Shown here: positions 52,220 through 63,592 of the stretch, piece by piece
How the letters are laid out: each line of letters starts with the position of its first letter
Numbering within the stretch: the stretch's first letter is position 1
Assembly (NCBI GenBank): GCA_964016885.1
Contig: OZ024741.1
Coordinates: forward strand, 6,758,001-6,822,000
Origin: Eledone cirrhosa
Taxonomy: Eukaryota
DNA length: 64,000 nucleotides
Direction of reading: 5' to 3'
Position numbers and translations under genes: made by a program
The notes under the pieces: generated by a model
What the model saw: only the letters and a program-made list of their open reading frames with translations
Told to the model about the DNA's origin: nothing
Database searches by the model: none

Positions 52220-52790
52220 CTTAACCCGGTAGACGTCCCTCCTCCTTCTACCCTTGCTGATGTCAAGTCCCCCGAAAGCATATGGGAAGCCATCCAGTGC
52301 AGCCTGGCCTTAGACAGGCTCACGCACCAGCTTGACCAGCACCGCCTTGCCTGTTTTCGCGCGGCCTCCAAACTCCACAGTCATGCTTGGCTCCATGCCT
52401 TGTCCTCCTCCACTGGCACGCAGCTGAATGACAATAGCCTGGCCTGTGCATCGGCGTTTCCTTGAGGCTCGGCCTCCGGATCTGCGAGCCACATAAATGT
52501 CACTGTGGATTCACCGTAGACACTTTCGGCCTCCACCTGCTTTCCTGTCGCCACAGTACCGGTCGCTCTCCGACAGGTTCACGGTTGTGCCCTTGGCAAT
52601 GGAGACTTCTGATGTCTTCGGCCCTAGGGCTACCTCCCTACTCACCACCATAGGTGCTGAGCTGGCCAGCCGCAGGTGTGAGCCTCGCGAGTTGGAATGG
52701 CTCTTCCAGTGCGTCTCCCTTACCATCCTCCAGGGAAACGCCTTCTCCATCCTGTCCGCCGGGGCTGTGGGGAGGCCAGCACCTGGGACC
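52220..52790 (+). mobile_element. CRE-clade non-LTR retrotransposon C-terminal relic (zinc knuckle plus end of RLE, internally deleted)
   Basis: [47 protein letters not shown], then [36 protein letters not shown], matching CRE-type LRLG..CxCG..G.H.LSC and P.A.ET.G..QR.S..IQRGNA motifs. Confidence 0.75.
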
Positions 52791-52854
52791 CCATTTGCTC
52801 ACCATACGGATTGATGGGCAAAGTTATAAATTATTGTAAATCTTTTTTTATGCT

Positions 52855-53130
52855 TGTACATGTATGTATTTGTAGGTGTGTATGTGTGTATATATATATA
52901 CACGTGTGTGTGTGTATGTGTATGCATGTGTGTGTGATTATGTGTGTATGTATATGTATGTATTTGTAGGTGTGTATGTGTGCATGTGTGTGTATATATA
53001 TATACACGTGTGTGTGTGTGTGTATGTGTATGCATGTGTGTGTATGCATGTGTGTATGTATATGTATGTACAATTCCGAAGTGTGAGAGAGTGTGTGTGT
53101 GTAAGTATTTTATGCACGTGTGTATGTGGA
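52855..53130. repeat. Compound (TG)n/(TA)n microsatellite
   Basis: Direct inspection. Confidence 0.95.
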
Positions 53131-53317
53131 TATATTTCTTTATTTATATCCGTTAATTTTCTTTTTGTTTTTGTTTATAACGGTTTTCTTGTAATACTCG
53201 AGACAGGTGAGTCTGTTGAGGTGTAGGCCAGTGTTTGGTCATTCTATAGACTTGTTTGTACTTTATGTTGTGTTAACACTGGTCTCAGGATCAGGCTTCT
53301 CCACTTTGTTATTATAT

Positions 53318-53409
53318 AAGACCCTCTTCCTGCTGTATCAAGCGTTAACCTAATATATCCCTTCCATATACTGTACCGATTGTGTTGTTATTTCTCTTTA
53401 CCTTTTGCA
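53318..53409 (+). mobile_element. Inverted copy of the pLTR end at 50736-50827
   Basis: aagaccctcttcctgctgtatcaagcgttaacctaatatatcccttccatatactgtaccgattgtgttgttatttctctttaccttttgca is a near-exact reverse complement of 50736-50827. Confidence 0.9.
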
Positions 53410-53418
53410 CACACACAC

Positions 53419-53454
<36 letters not shown>

Positions 53455-53460
<6 letters not shown>

Positions 53461-53945
53461 ATACTTTGGGAGGGTCATGTTGCCAATAAGAAACACACGC
53501 ACCAGTTGTTTCACTCCAATTTATAATAAATTAAAAATTAAAAAATTTTTTCAAAAAAGAATTTATAAATTTCCGGTTGGTTGGTTCCACAACCGGACGG
53601 CAATAAACATAAATGAACTCCAACCAAAATTAAATAGAAAACATGAATGGAACAGCAACATCACAACTTACAATTAAGGACAAAATGAAAACACACACGC
53701 ACATAGAACAAACAACCAACCAGTAACATGTAAATAAACAAATAAATAAATAAACAAATAAAAACACACACAGACACCCGGATGTAACACATGCGCAAAC
53801 TAAACACACGACAGAACAAAGGAGAGGCACAAAGCAAAGAAAAGAATCCCCAGTCACTGAAGAGGTCACAGAATGTGTAACGAAAGAACTTTGACAATAT
53901 ATGAACAACCGTCCAGTTGTGAAACCAACCAACCAACCAACCAAT
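53455..53945 (+). mobile_element. Non-coding Penelope-type pLTR insertion with inverted 5' segment, between (TA)n tracts
   Basis: 53455-53600 matches 63030-63164, and 53815-53945 matches 63245-63370. Contains a hammerhead. Confidence 0.75.
53853..53895 (+). ncRNA. Minimal type I hammerhead ribozyme
   Basis: gtca-CTGAAGA-ggtcaca gaatg tgtaac-GAAAG aa CTT|tgac. Core intact, one stem II mismatch. Confidence 0.72.
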
Positions 53946-54245
53946 CATAATATATATATATATACTCGATCTCATGTAAAAGTCGATCCTAGAATGCTTA
54001 ATTTTTTTTATTTGTCTTTTGTTGATATTTTATTCTTTCTCTCGGACTTCTCATATTTTCTTCAAAAGCAAAGTTGTTGCATTGACCCCTAAAGTAGTAC
54101 CGTGGGCTCTCAGAGGGGCCAGCTTGTCATGACAAATCCTGTCACCAGATTTAGACAAAAGAAAACTTACTTCTCATTTACCTCCCTTCAGTCAAGTTCA
54201 AATGTTATAGATTCAACAAAGTAAATTACAACTCACTGATTTCAT

Positions 54246-54319
54246 GTCTCTGTGGCGCAATCGGTTAGCGCGTTCAGCTGTTAACCGAAAGGTTGGGGGT
54301 TCGAGTCCACCCATGGACG
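54246..54319 (+). tRNA. tRNA-Asn(GTT), with three stem mismatches (possible pseudogene)
   Basis: GTCTCTGTGGCGCAATCGGTTAGCGCGTTCAGCTGTTAACCGAAAGGTTGGGGGTTCGAGTCCACCCATGGACG, 74 nt, nearly identical to the standard metazoan tRNA-Asn. A and B boxes intact; TTTT 7 nt downstream. Confidence 0.9.
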
Positions 54320-54361
54320 AGTTTCTTTTGCTTGTTTTTGTCACACATCCAGCTGGCGGTC

Positions 54362-56245
54362 ATGTTGTTGTTGTGGTGGTGGTGGTGGTGGAGTTGTGGT
54401 GGTGGTGGAGATGTTAGTGTTGTTGTTGTGGTGTTGGTGTTGTGGTGGTGGTGGTTGTTGTGGTGGTGTTGTGGTGTTGGTGTTGTGGTGGTGGTGGTTG
54501 TTGTGGTGGTGGTGGTGTTAGTGTTGTTGTTGTTGTGGAGATGTTAGTGTTGTTGTGGTGGTGGTGTTGGTGTTGTTGTTGTTGTTGTTGTTGTGGCGGT
54601 GTAAGTGTTGTTGTTGTGGTGGTGGAGATGTTAGTGTTGTTGTTGTGGTGGTGGAGGTGTTAGTGTTGTTGTTGCGGTGGTGGAGATGTTAGTGTTGTTG
54701 TTGTTGTGATGGAGATGTTAGTGTTGTTGTTGTGGTGGTGGAGATGTTAGTGTTGTTGTTGTGGTGGTGGAGGTGTTAGTGTTGTTGTTGCGGTGGCGGT
54801 GGTGTTAGTGTTGTTGTTGTGGTGGTGGAGATGTTAGTGTTGTTGTTGTTGTGATGGTGGTGTTAGTGTTGTTGTTGTGGTGGTGGAGATGTTAGTGTTG
54901 TTGTTGCGGTGGCGGTGGTGTTAGTGTTGTTGTTGCGGCGGTGGAGATGTTAGTGTTGTTGTTGTTGTGGTGGTGGTGTTAGTGTTGTTGTTGTGGTGGT
55001 GGAGATGTTAGTGTTGTTGTTGTGGTGGTGGTGTTAGTGTTGTTGTTGTGGTGGTGGTGTTAGTGTTGTTGTTGTGGTGGTGGTGGTGTTAGTGTTGTTG
55101 TTGTGGTGGTGGAGATGTTAGTGTTGTTGTTGCGGTGGCGGTGGTGTTAGTGTTGTTGTTGTTGTGGTGGTGGTGTTAGTGTTGTTGTTGTGGTGGTGGA
55201 GATGTTAGTGTTGTTGTTGTTGTGGTGGTGGTGTTAGTGTTGTTGTTGTGGTGGTGGAGATGTTAGTGTTGTTGTTGTTGTGGTGGTGGTGTTAGTGTTG
55301 TTGTTGTGGTGGTGGAGATGTTAGTGTTGTTGTTGCGGCGGTGGAGATGTTAGTGTTGTTGTTGTGGTGGTGGAGATGTTAGTGTTGTTGTTGTTGTGGT
55401 GGTGGTGTTAGTGTTGTTGTTGCGGTGGCGGTGGTGTTAGTGTTGTTGTTGCGGCGGTGGAGGTGTTAGTGTTGTTGTTGTGGTGGTGGTGTTAGTGTTG
55501 TTGTTGTGGCGGTGGTGTTAGTGTTGTTGTTGTGGTGGTGGTGTTAGTGTTGTGGTTGTGGTGTTGGTGTTGTTGTTGTTGTGGTGGTGGTGTTAGTGTT
55601 GTTGTTGCGGTGGCGGTGGTGTTAGTGTTGTTGTTGCGGTGGCGGTGGTGGAGATGTTAGTGTTGTTGTTGCGGTGGCGGTGGTGTTAGTGTTGTTGTTG
55701 TGGTGGTGGAGATGTTAGTGTTGTTGTTGTTGTGGTGGTGGTGTTAGTGTTGTTGTTGCGGTGGCGGTGGTGTTAGTGTTGTTGTTGTGGTGTTAGTGTT
55801 GTGGTTGTGGTGGTGGTGTTAGTGTTGTTGTTGCGGTGGCGGTGGTGTTAGTGTTGTTGTTGTGGTGGTGGAGATGTTAGTGTTGTTGTTGTTGTGGTGG
55901 TGGTGTTAGTGTTGTTGTTGCGGTGGCGGTGGTGTTAGTGTTGTTGTTGTGGTGTTAGTGTTGTGGTTGTGGTGGTGTTAGTGTTGTTGTTGTGGTGGTG
56001 GTGTTAGTGTTGTTGTTGCGGTGGTGTTAGTGTTGTTGTTGCGGTGGCGGTGGTGTTAGTGTTGTTGTTGTGGCGGTGGTGTTAGTGTTGTTGTGGTGGT
56101 GTTAGTGTTGTTGTGGTGGTGGTGGTGGTGTTGTGGTGGTGGTGGTGTTAGTGTTGTTGTTGTGGTGGTGTTAGTGTTGTTGTTGTGGTGGTGGTGGTGT
56201 TAGTGTTGTTGTTGTTGTTTTAGTGTTATTGTTGTGTTAGTGGTA
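54362..56245. repeat. GT-rich minisatellite (GTTAGTGTTGTTGTTGTGGTGGTGGAGAT-like units, about 20-32 bp)
   Basis: Recurrent anchor tgttagtgttg separated by variable GTT/GGT runs. Confidence 0.96.
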
Positions 56246-56254
56246 GTCTAGTGG

Positions 56255-56315
<61 letters not shown>

Positions 56316-57120
56316 CAAAATTAAGATAAATCAAATGAATTTAATCTAAATCAAAATTATGGGTGTCATGCCAGAAAGACATGCGCCATATCACCCGCAA
56401 AATAAGCTCTAAGATTCTAACGAGTAGGTCCGAGCATTTTATAATAACTACAAATTGATTAACATATAAATAAACATGAATAACCACAGGAGATGTGTAA
56501 AAATTATCTCCTGTGATTATTCATGTTTATTTATATGTTAATCAATTTGTAGTTATTATAAAATGCTCGGACCTACTCGTTAGAATCTTAGAGCTTATTT
56601 TGCGGGTGATATGGCGCATGTCTTTCTGGCATGACACCCATAATTTTGATTTAGATTAAATTCATTTGATTTATCTTAATTTTGGATATAAATATATAAA
56701 TACGGCTCCTTAATTGTAGAGCTAACTCTGTTGAAAGGACTCGACTGCTGTTTCTAGTTGTCGATGACCCTATTCACGCCACTGGGACGAAGCTAGTATG
56801 ATGTGTGTATTTCTAGTAGATATAGCACGTGTTGCTGGCCAGTCGCTGATTTGAACTTGAAGTGTAAACACTGATCCCTAGAACTTCTTCCTTGTTGAAA
56901 ATCCAAGTATCCGCTTTCGTGGTTTACCATTCGATTAATTGGTGAAATATATTTCTTTAATGGAATATATACAGGGAAGATTAATCATATTATAAGGTAT
57001 CTATTTTTGAAGTTCTGGTCAACTTTATTTAGTTACCTACCTAGCTGTGTGTGGTTACACACTTGTAAAAATTATCTCCTGTGATTATTCATGTTTATTT
57101 ATATGTTAATCAATTTCTAG

Positions 57121-57124
<4 letters not shown>
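56316..57124. mobile_element. Foldback plus partial-tandem non-coding element (179-bp inverted arms; 568-bp period direct repeat)
   Basis: 56316-56494 is the reverse complement of 56506-56684. 56496-56555 is repeated at 57064-57124. Both ends abut (TA)n. Confidence 0.8.
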
Positions 57125-57162
<38 letters not shown>

Positions 57163-57166
<4 letters not shown>

Positions 57167-57930
57167 TGAGACTTGGGCATTGTGTGCAGAGGATATACGC
57201 AGACTGGAGAGGAACGAAGCTCGCATGCTCCGTTGGATGTGTAATAGTAATATACGTGAACGGCAAAGCATAAACGAACTAAGGGAGAAATTAGGAATAA
57301 GAGGGATCAGATGTTGTTTACTTGAGAGAAGACTACGTTGGTATGGTCACGTGATGCGCATGAAAGACGACAGCTGTATAAAAAAGTGCAGGCGATCAAA
57401 ATAGACGGTAGCCACGGAGTAGGCAGACCCAGAAAAACCTGGGACGACTTGATAAATTCCGACCTCACACACTTACACCTCTCCAAGACAATGTCACTGG
57501 ACCGAGATCTTTGGCGATATACATTAATACAGAAGACCAGCCTTGCCTAAGTACAAAGCGAAACCTACAGTTAGTAGGCACCTCTAACAAAATACACCCC
57601 CGCCCCACTACCCCCACCCCATCCACAGCACCCCTTTCGATGTAAAGTTATGTTGGTACCACAACATCCAGGCCGAAATAAATGAGGTCGTGTAGGTGTC
57701 ACGAAAAAAAAACACACAGTCCACGCTGTAATGTGGCCGTGTAGGTAACACGGTAAAAACCTCCCAGTCCACACTAAACGTGGTTGATGTTAGGAAGGGC
57801 ATCCAGTCGTAGAAAACCCGCCAGACAGTCCTATACGAGCAAGACAACCAATCTTGCCTCAAGTGGGAAAACTCCCGTCCAAACCCATGCAAGCGTGGAA
57901 GATGGACGTTAAACGATGATGATGATGATG
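57163..57930 (+). mobile_element. RTE-clade LINE 3' end (family A) with long 3' UTR and (GAT)n tail
   Basis: SETWALCAEDIRRLERNEARMLRWMCN..ERRLRWYGHVMRM..GRPRKTWDDLI; UTR with ggaagggcatcc; tail cccatgcaagcgtggaagatggacgttaaacgatgatgat. Confidence 0.88.
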
Positions 57931-57935
57931 TATGC

Positions 57936-57967
<32 letters not shown>

Positions 57968-58128
57968 ACGAAGTAAATGTGGTAAGGAACCTGATGGACC
58001 ATAAAGCACCAAAGTACTCAATACTTAGGGTAGTAGAGAGGGTAATAGGAACAAGTAGGACCCTGACGGCTGAGCTCAAGCCGTTGAAACGGCTTGAGCT
58101 CAGCCGTCGGGGTCCTACTTGTTCCTAT
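57968..58128. mobile_element. Short foldback insertion (41-bp hairpin 58045-58128) containing the 3' half of a hammerhead
   Basis: Arms are complementary except one T.G pair, 2-nt loop. The right arm reads GAAAC-GGCT tgagctc AGCC-GTC. Flanked by (TA)n. Confidence 0.6.
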
Positions 58129-58171
58129 ATATATATATTATACATACATATATATATATATATATATATGT

Positions 58172-60987
58172 ATATTCATTAGTTAAGCAAAACAAGGCCA
58201 CAAACTTCACAAGGAAGACATTAAAAGATTGTCAACATATTTTAGTTTGATGTAAGGAATGTAGAGAATAATAATAATATTAATAATAATAATGTCCGTT
58301 TACAATTGTTTCGCTACTCCATATAATATTTCTGGATCAGTGTAAACGTACTTAACCGAAAAGCCCAGGCTTTGGTTAAGGACTTGCATCTGAATAGATT
58401 TACCCACCCTTATGTACCAACAACCCCAAGGTTCTCTCTCAAGGATCATAAGCCAAACTTTATAGAGAACCCATCTATTAGACTTATAAACCCAACCACA
58501 TCCGACCTGGGCCGTATCAGTAAGAACATCCTTGATAGGATAATCCCTGGGCTACGGGATGATATCACCTACAAGTTGTGGTCCAACACCGGCCAAGTCA
58601 TTAGATGGTTCTCCGATCTAAGGTCCAAGCAATCTATGAGGTTCATCCAATTTGACATCGACAGCTATTACGTGTCAATAACCCCGAACTGCTCAACAAA
58701 GCATTAACCCTAGCCAGCACCAACTCGGACATAACCAATAATGAGATTAACATCATACTTATGGCTAGGCAGCCTATCATTGAATTCAACGGAGCACTCT
58801 GGACTAGAAAAGATAGAACAGACAACTTTGACATCACGATGGGCTCAAGTGATTCTGCGCAAATCACCGATTTAGTTGGAATTTACCTATTACATAACAT
58901 CAGAGCCGAAATCCAACCATTGTAAGGCGGAATATACAGGGACGACGCCCTATTTGCAGTCCACAATTGCACTAATCGGGACATTGATTTGCTAAAAAAA
59001 CAATTACATAGATTCTTTAAAAATAACGGTCTCTCTATCACCATCGAGCCGAACCATAAAGTAGTAAACTTCCTAGACGTCACCCTGGATCTCAACAATA
59101 ACCTATATTACCCTTACCATAAACCAGGTGAAATACTCACATATATTAGCCCACACTCTAACTACCCACCGGCAGTCATCAGAGCAGTAATCAAATCTAT
59201 CTTGTATAGGATCTCAATGCTATCAGCAAATGAGATATTTATAAACCATGCACAATATTATAATAAGGCTCTTTCTGAATCTGGTTATGAACAATCAATT
59301 TATTACATACCTAAATGCCATAACACAGCAATTCACCATAATAAACTTAACACTAGAACTAGAAATACCTTAGCATATAGCCAGATTCGCCGGAATTTTA
59401 GCAGTAACAGCACCTATACAGGGAAGTTTAATGGTGGCAGCGGCCTGCTCCCCATTCCAAGTAGCAAACTAAAAATCAACCCTAGAATAGGAATGAGAAA
59501 TGGGATGACAAATAACAAATCCCCAGGTAATAATAACCCTGGGAAGGCCCCTACCAACTCCACTAGAACCCCTAGAAGGAATAAACCTAGAAATATCACC
59601 TGGCCACTAATATCCCTAAACGCTTCTTCTCTATCCTATCTAAACATTTCCCCCCCCCCAACCATAGATATTACAAACTCTTTAATAAAAATAACATTAA
59701 AATCTCATTCTCCACAACACATAACCTAGCTAGCCACATCACATTCAGTAAACATAATAAACTAAGACAGTATAACTCCCACACCGCGGTACCACCACCC
59801 CTATCAAATACACCACGCCACTACATCAATAATTACTCTAGTAGCACACCTCCCCCATATAATCCTTCTAGCACTGACCTACCGCTTAGGTTAAACTACC
59901 CTACTCTTACTAACCGCAGAAGAAACTGCAACTGCCGTTACCTAATGCATGCCCATTAAATGAACACTGCCTGACACCCAACATAGTCTATAGGTGCACG
60001 GTTAAAACTGCTTCGAATACCAGCTCTTATATCGGGTCTACCTCTAACCCTTTTAAGGTACGCTATAACGCGCACTCTTTTTCCTTCCGAGACCCTAGCA
60101 ACAGATGTTCGACATCGCTAGCTAGGCTCATTAAAAACCTTAAATTAAGCAACGTTCAACACTCACTAAAATGGGATATCGTGGCTTGGGCCCAACCGTT
60201 CAATGGACGAAGAAAATCTTGTGATCTCTGTATTACAGAAGCATATTACATAACTCTATCACGACCTCTACCGATTAACGATAGAACGGAGGTAGCTATT
60301 AGCTGTCAACATCGAAGGGCTAATTCCTTCGCCAATAGAATATTTCACCCAACTTAGTCATCTAGTCCCATTTTTACTTGTAGCTAATAAGTTAAATAGC
60401 TATGACTAACTTAGATACTTATAAGTTACCTCCCCTACATTGTCTCTCAATTAAAAAAATTAAAAATTAGCACTTAACTATAAACTACCCACAATTTCTA
60501 ATCTCTCGAGGAGTTACTTCCCCTGAAACCACCCTCTAATTAGCAAGGTAAATATTTCCTTTGGCAGCCATCTTGTTACCCATAGGCAGATCTCACACAA
60601 TGCAGCCTCGACAGATGAATACTGCTTGATTATGGCTGACAACTGATGCAACCAAGACACCATAGTGAAAAACCAATATATGGAACATTATATTATGTAA
60701 CATTCTCTCATTATTTTAATTTATATGCCTTTGAAGTTCCGATGAGCCCCTCTGTTTTTTAAATATGTTAATTATTTTCAACTGAACCAGATCAATTATG
60801 ATATATAGTCATCTGATCCAGAAATATTATATGGAGTAGCGAAACAATTGCAAACGGACATTATTATTATTAATATTATTATTATTATTCTCTACATTCC
60901 TTACATCAAACTAAAATATGTTGACAATCTTTTAATAATGTGTTCCTTGTGAAGTTTGTGGTCTTGTTTTGCTTAACTAATGAATAT
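58172..60987 (+). mobile_element. 5'-truncated Penelope-like element of Naiad type with inverted pLTR ends
   Basis: RT motifs LKDHKPNF.ENP..RLINP, FIQFDIDSYY.SIT, FDITMGSSDSAQITDLVGIYLL, GIYRDDAL, VNFLDVTLDL. Endonuclease CNCR..CPLNEHCL..NIVYRCTV..YIGST..FKVRYNAH..CDLC..E..CQH. 58172-58340 is the reverse complement of 60813-60987. Confidence 0.9.
58342..60357 (+). pseudogene. Disrupted RT + GIY-YIG polyprotein of the Naiad-like element
   Basis: Frameshift near 58685, in-frame TAA at 58923-58925, further frameshifts near 59600-59940, terminal TAG at 60355-60357. Confidence 0.85.
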
Positions 60988-61185
60988 TTCCAGCTCTGCG
61001 CACCTAACTTCTGCATGAACCCAGCCACCTAGCTGCTTTCTACTGCATATTGCACATTGAGCACATGCCTTTACGCTTTGGCTTCTAACTAACTCACCAA
61101 TCTCTCCTCTCATATCTCCTCTACTATCTCCCTCTCTCTCTTTAAGATTGGTTACTCTTGAACTGTGTATATATATATATATATA

Positions 61186-61261
<76 letters not shown>

Positions 61262-61265
<4 letters not shown>

Positions 61266-61492
61266 AAGGCGGGTAAAATTCCCGAGATCCATGGACGAGT
61301 TCTCTCCAGCGGTCTCTGTCCCTCATTATCGCTGTCATGTCCTGCGTCTCCAACAGACCAGTGTCTGTTCTTAGGGCATCAACATACGTTAACCTTGGTC
61401 TTCCTCTTCTAGTGTGTCCATGTAGGGGATCCCAAAGGAGCATTGAGTGCAATGTCAACTCTGGATGTCGGTGAGCATGTCCAGCTAACCTC
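61262..61492 (-). mobile_element. RTE-clade LINE 3' end
   Basis: RLAGHAHRHPELTLHSMLLWDPLHGHTRRGRPRLTYVDALRTDTG..MRDRDRWR. Confidence 0.85.
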
Positions 61493-61644
61493 ATATATAT
61501 ATATATATACATGATGTTGGTCGCCTTATTCTTGCTGTGACACTTTATCAACTTTGTGTGTTTATTCTGGGTAAAAATGAATTAATCCCCCCCGACTCCC
61601 TCTAACAGTTGAGGTGAGGTACTGCGGCTGATACTTCCATTATG

Positions 61645-61733
61645 GACAGACACACACACATACGTATAGACACACACACATACACACATATATATAGATA
61701 CACACAGACATATGTATAGATACACACACACAC

Positions 61734-61764
<31 letters not shown>

Positions 61765-61980
61765 TATATATATGTATAGATACACACACAAACACACAGA
61801 TATATATGTATAGACACACACACACACACATATGTATAGATACACACACACACACACATATATGTATAGACACACACACACATATGTATAGACATATATA
61901 TATATATGTATAGATACACACACACACATATATATGTATAGACACATACAAACATATATGTATAGACACATATATATATT
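61645..61980. repeat. Compound (CA)n/(TA)n microsatellite
   Basis: Direct inspection. Confidence 0.95.
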
Positions 61981-62049
61981 TGTGATGCTAAACTCTGCCA
62001 GCTGCAGACTGCACATCATGAGATATCTCGCTCCACAAAGTTCGATCAC

Positions 62050-62888
62050 CAACAGCAGAGTTTAAAGAACAAAGATCAAGTCCAGTCTATGTATTGACAT
62101 TGTCAAGCCATAGTTTTGGCTGCCGGCCTCTGCTTCTCTTACCAGCCAACCTTCCTTCCAGACATAATTTACTCACACCACGAGTTGATCTTTTTATATG
62201 ACCGTATAGTTATAGTTCTGTTGACTTGACAATTGATGTAATTGGACTAAGTTTGGTAATGTTGAGCAGCTCACTGATACAGATACGGTCACTGAGCTGC
62301 TTGCCAGTCATAAGTCTTGTGATATGGTTCTGGAATATAGAGAGCTTCTGAAGTGACCTTGTCGTCCAATTAACACAGTCAAGACCATATAACACAACTG
62401 GTAGGATGTAAATATCGAAGATCTTAGCCTTCAAATGATAGGGAACTTGTTTTGATGTTAGTACTTCCTTGTTCTTGTTGAAAGTAACCCAACCTTGAGT
62501 GATGCGATATTGCGTAGCAGCCACCATTCCATTGTTGTTTGATGATAGTTTGTGACTGAGATATACAAACTCTGTAACTTGAGCAATTTGCTGGTTGTAG
62601 ATTGTGAGTTGGAGATTAACATTGTTTTTATCAGTTGTTATAAACTCCGTTTTGGAGATGTTAATGTGTAAGCCAGCCTCCAGCAAATGTTTGGTCAGTA
62701 CATTCAGAAAGTCTTGCAGGTCAGTTCTAGAGTAACTCATAATGACCAGATCGTCTGCATAGCTAAGATTTGATAGGATTTTACCTCCTATTTGATTGTC
62801 AGAGGAGCATTCTTCTTCAGTTTGGTAGATAAGTGCAGCTATAACTATACAGGAAAGAAGTGCTGATAGTATACCCCCCTGCTTAACT
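62050..62888 (-). mobile_element. RTE-clade LINE reverse transcriptase fragment
   Basis: VKQGGILSALL..NLSYADDLV..GLHINISKTEF..VTEFVYLSH..YILPVVLYG; 5'-truncated at a (TA)n tract. Confidence 0.88.
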
Positions 62889-62921
62889 ATATATATATAT
62901 ATAGTTAAGCAATGGGATGTA

Positions 62922-63484
<563 letters not shown>

Positions 63485-63557
63485 TCGGTTTCAACACACG
63501 TTTTCAGATAAAGAATCTTGCTAAACAATATCAGAAACGAAATATATAAATATATTG

Positions 63558-63590
<33 letters not shown>

Positions 63591-63592
<2 letters not shown>

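Noticed and set aside
52799-53226. Cys/Val/Tyr- and His/Thr-rich ORFs (also 54293-54663 and 61582-62052)
   Set aside because: Translations of dinucleotide and GT-rich simple repeats.
54362-56245. Telomeric repeat array
   Set aside because: GT-rich with a TTAG anchor, but no TTAGGG or TTAGG tandem units.
59920-60720. Selenocysteine codons or a SECIS element in the Naiad-like copy
   Set aside because: Readable conserved Cys codons are TGC/TGT, the internal stop seen is TAA, and I could not fold a convincing SECIS by eye. SECISearch3 on a consensus is needed.
62881-62910. Short palindrome gcttaac(TA)n gttaagc at the RTE truncation point
   Set aside because: Only 7 bp of unique arm around a self-complementary TA run; too short to separate from chance or a minor repair fill-in.
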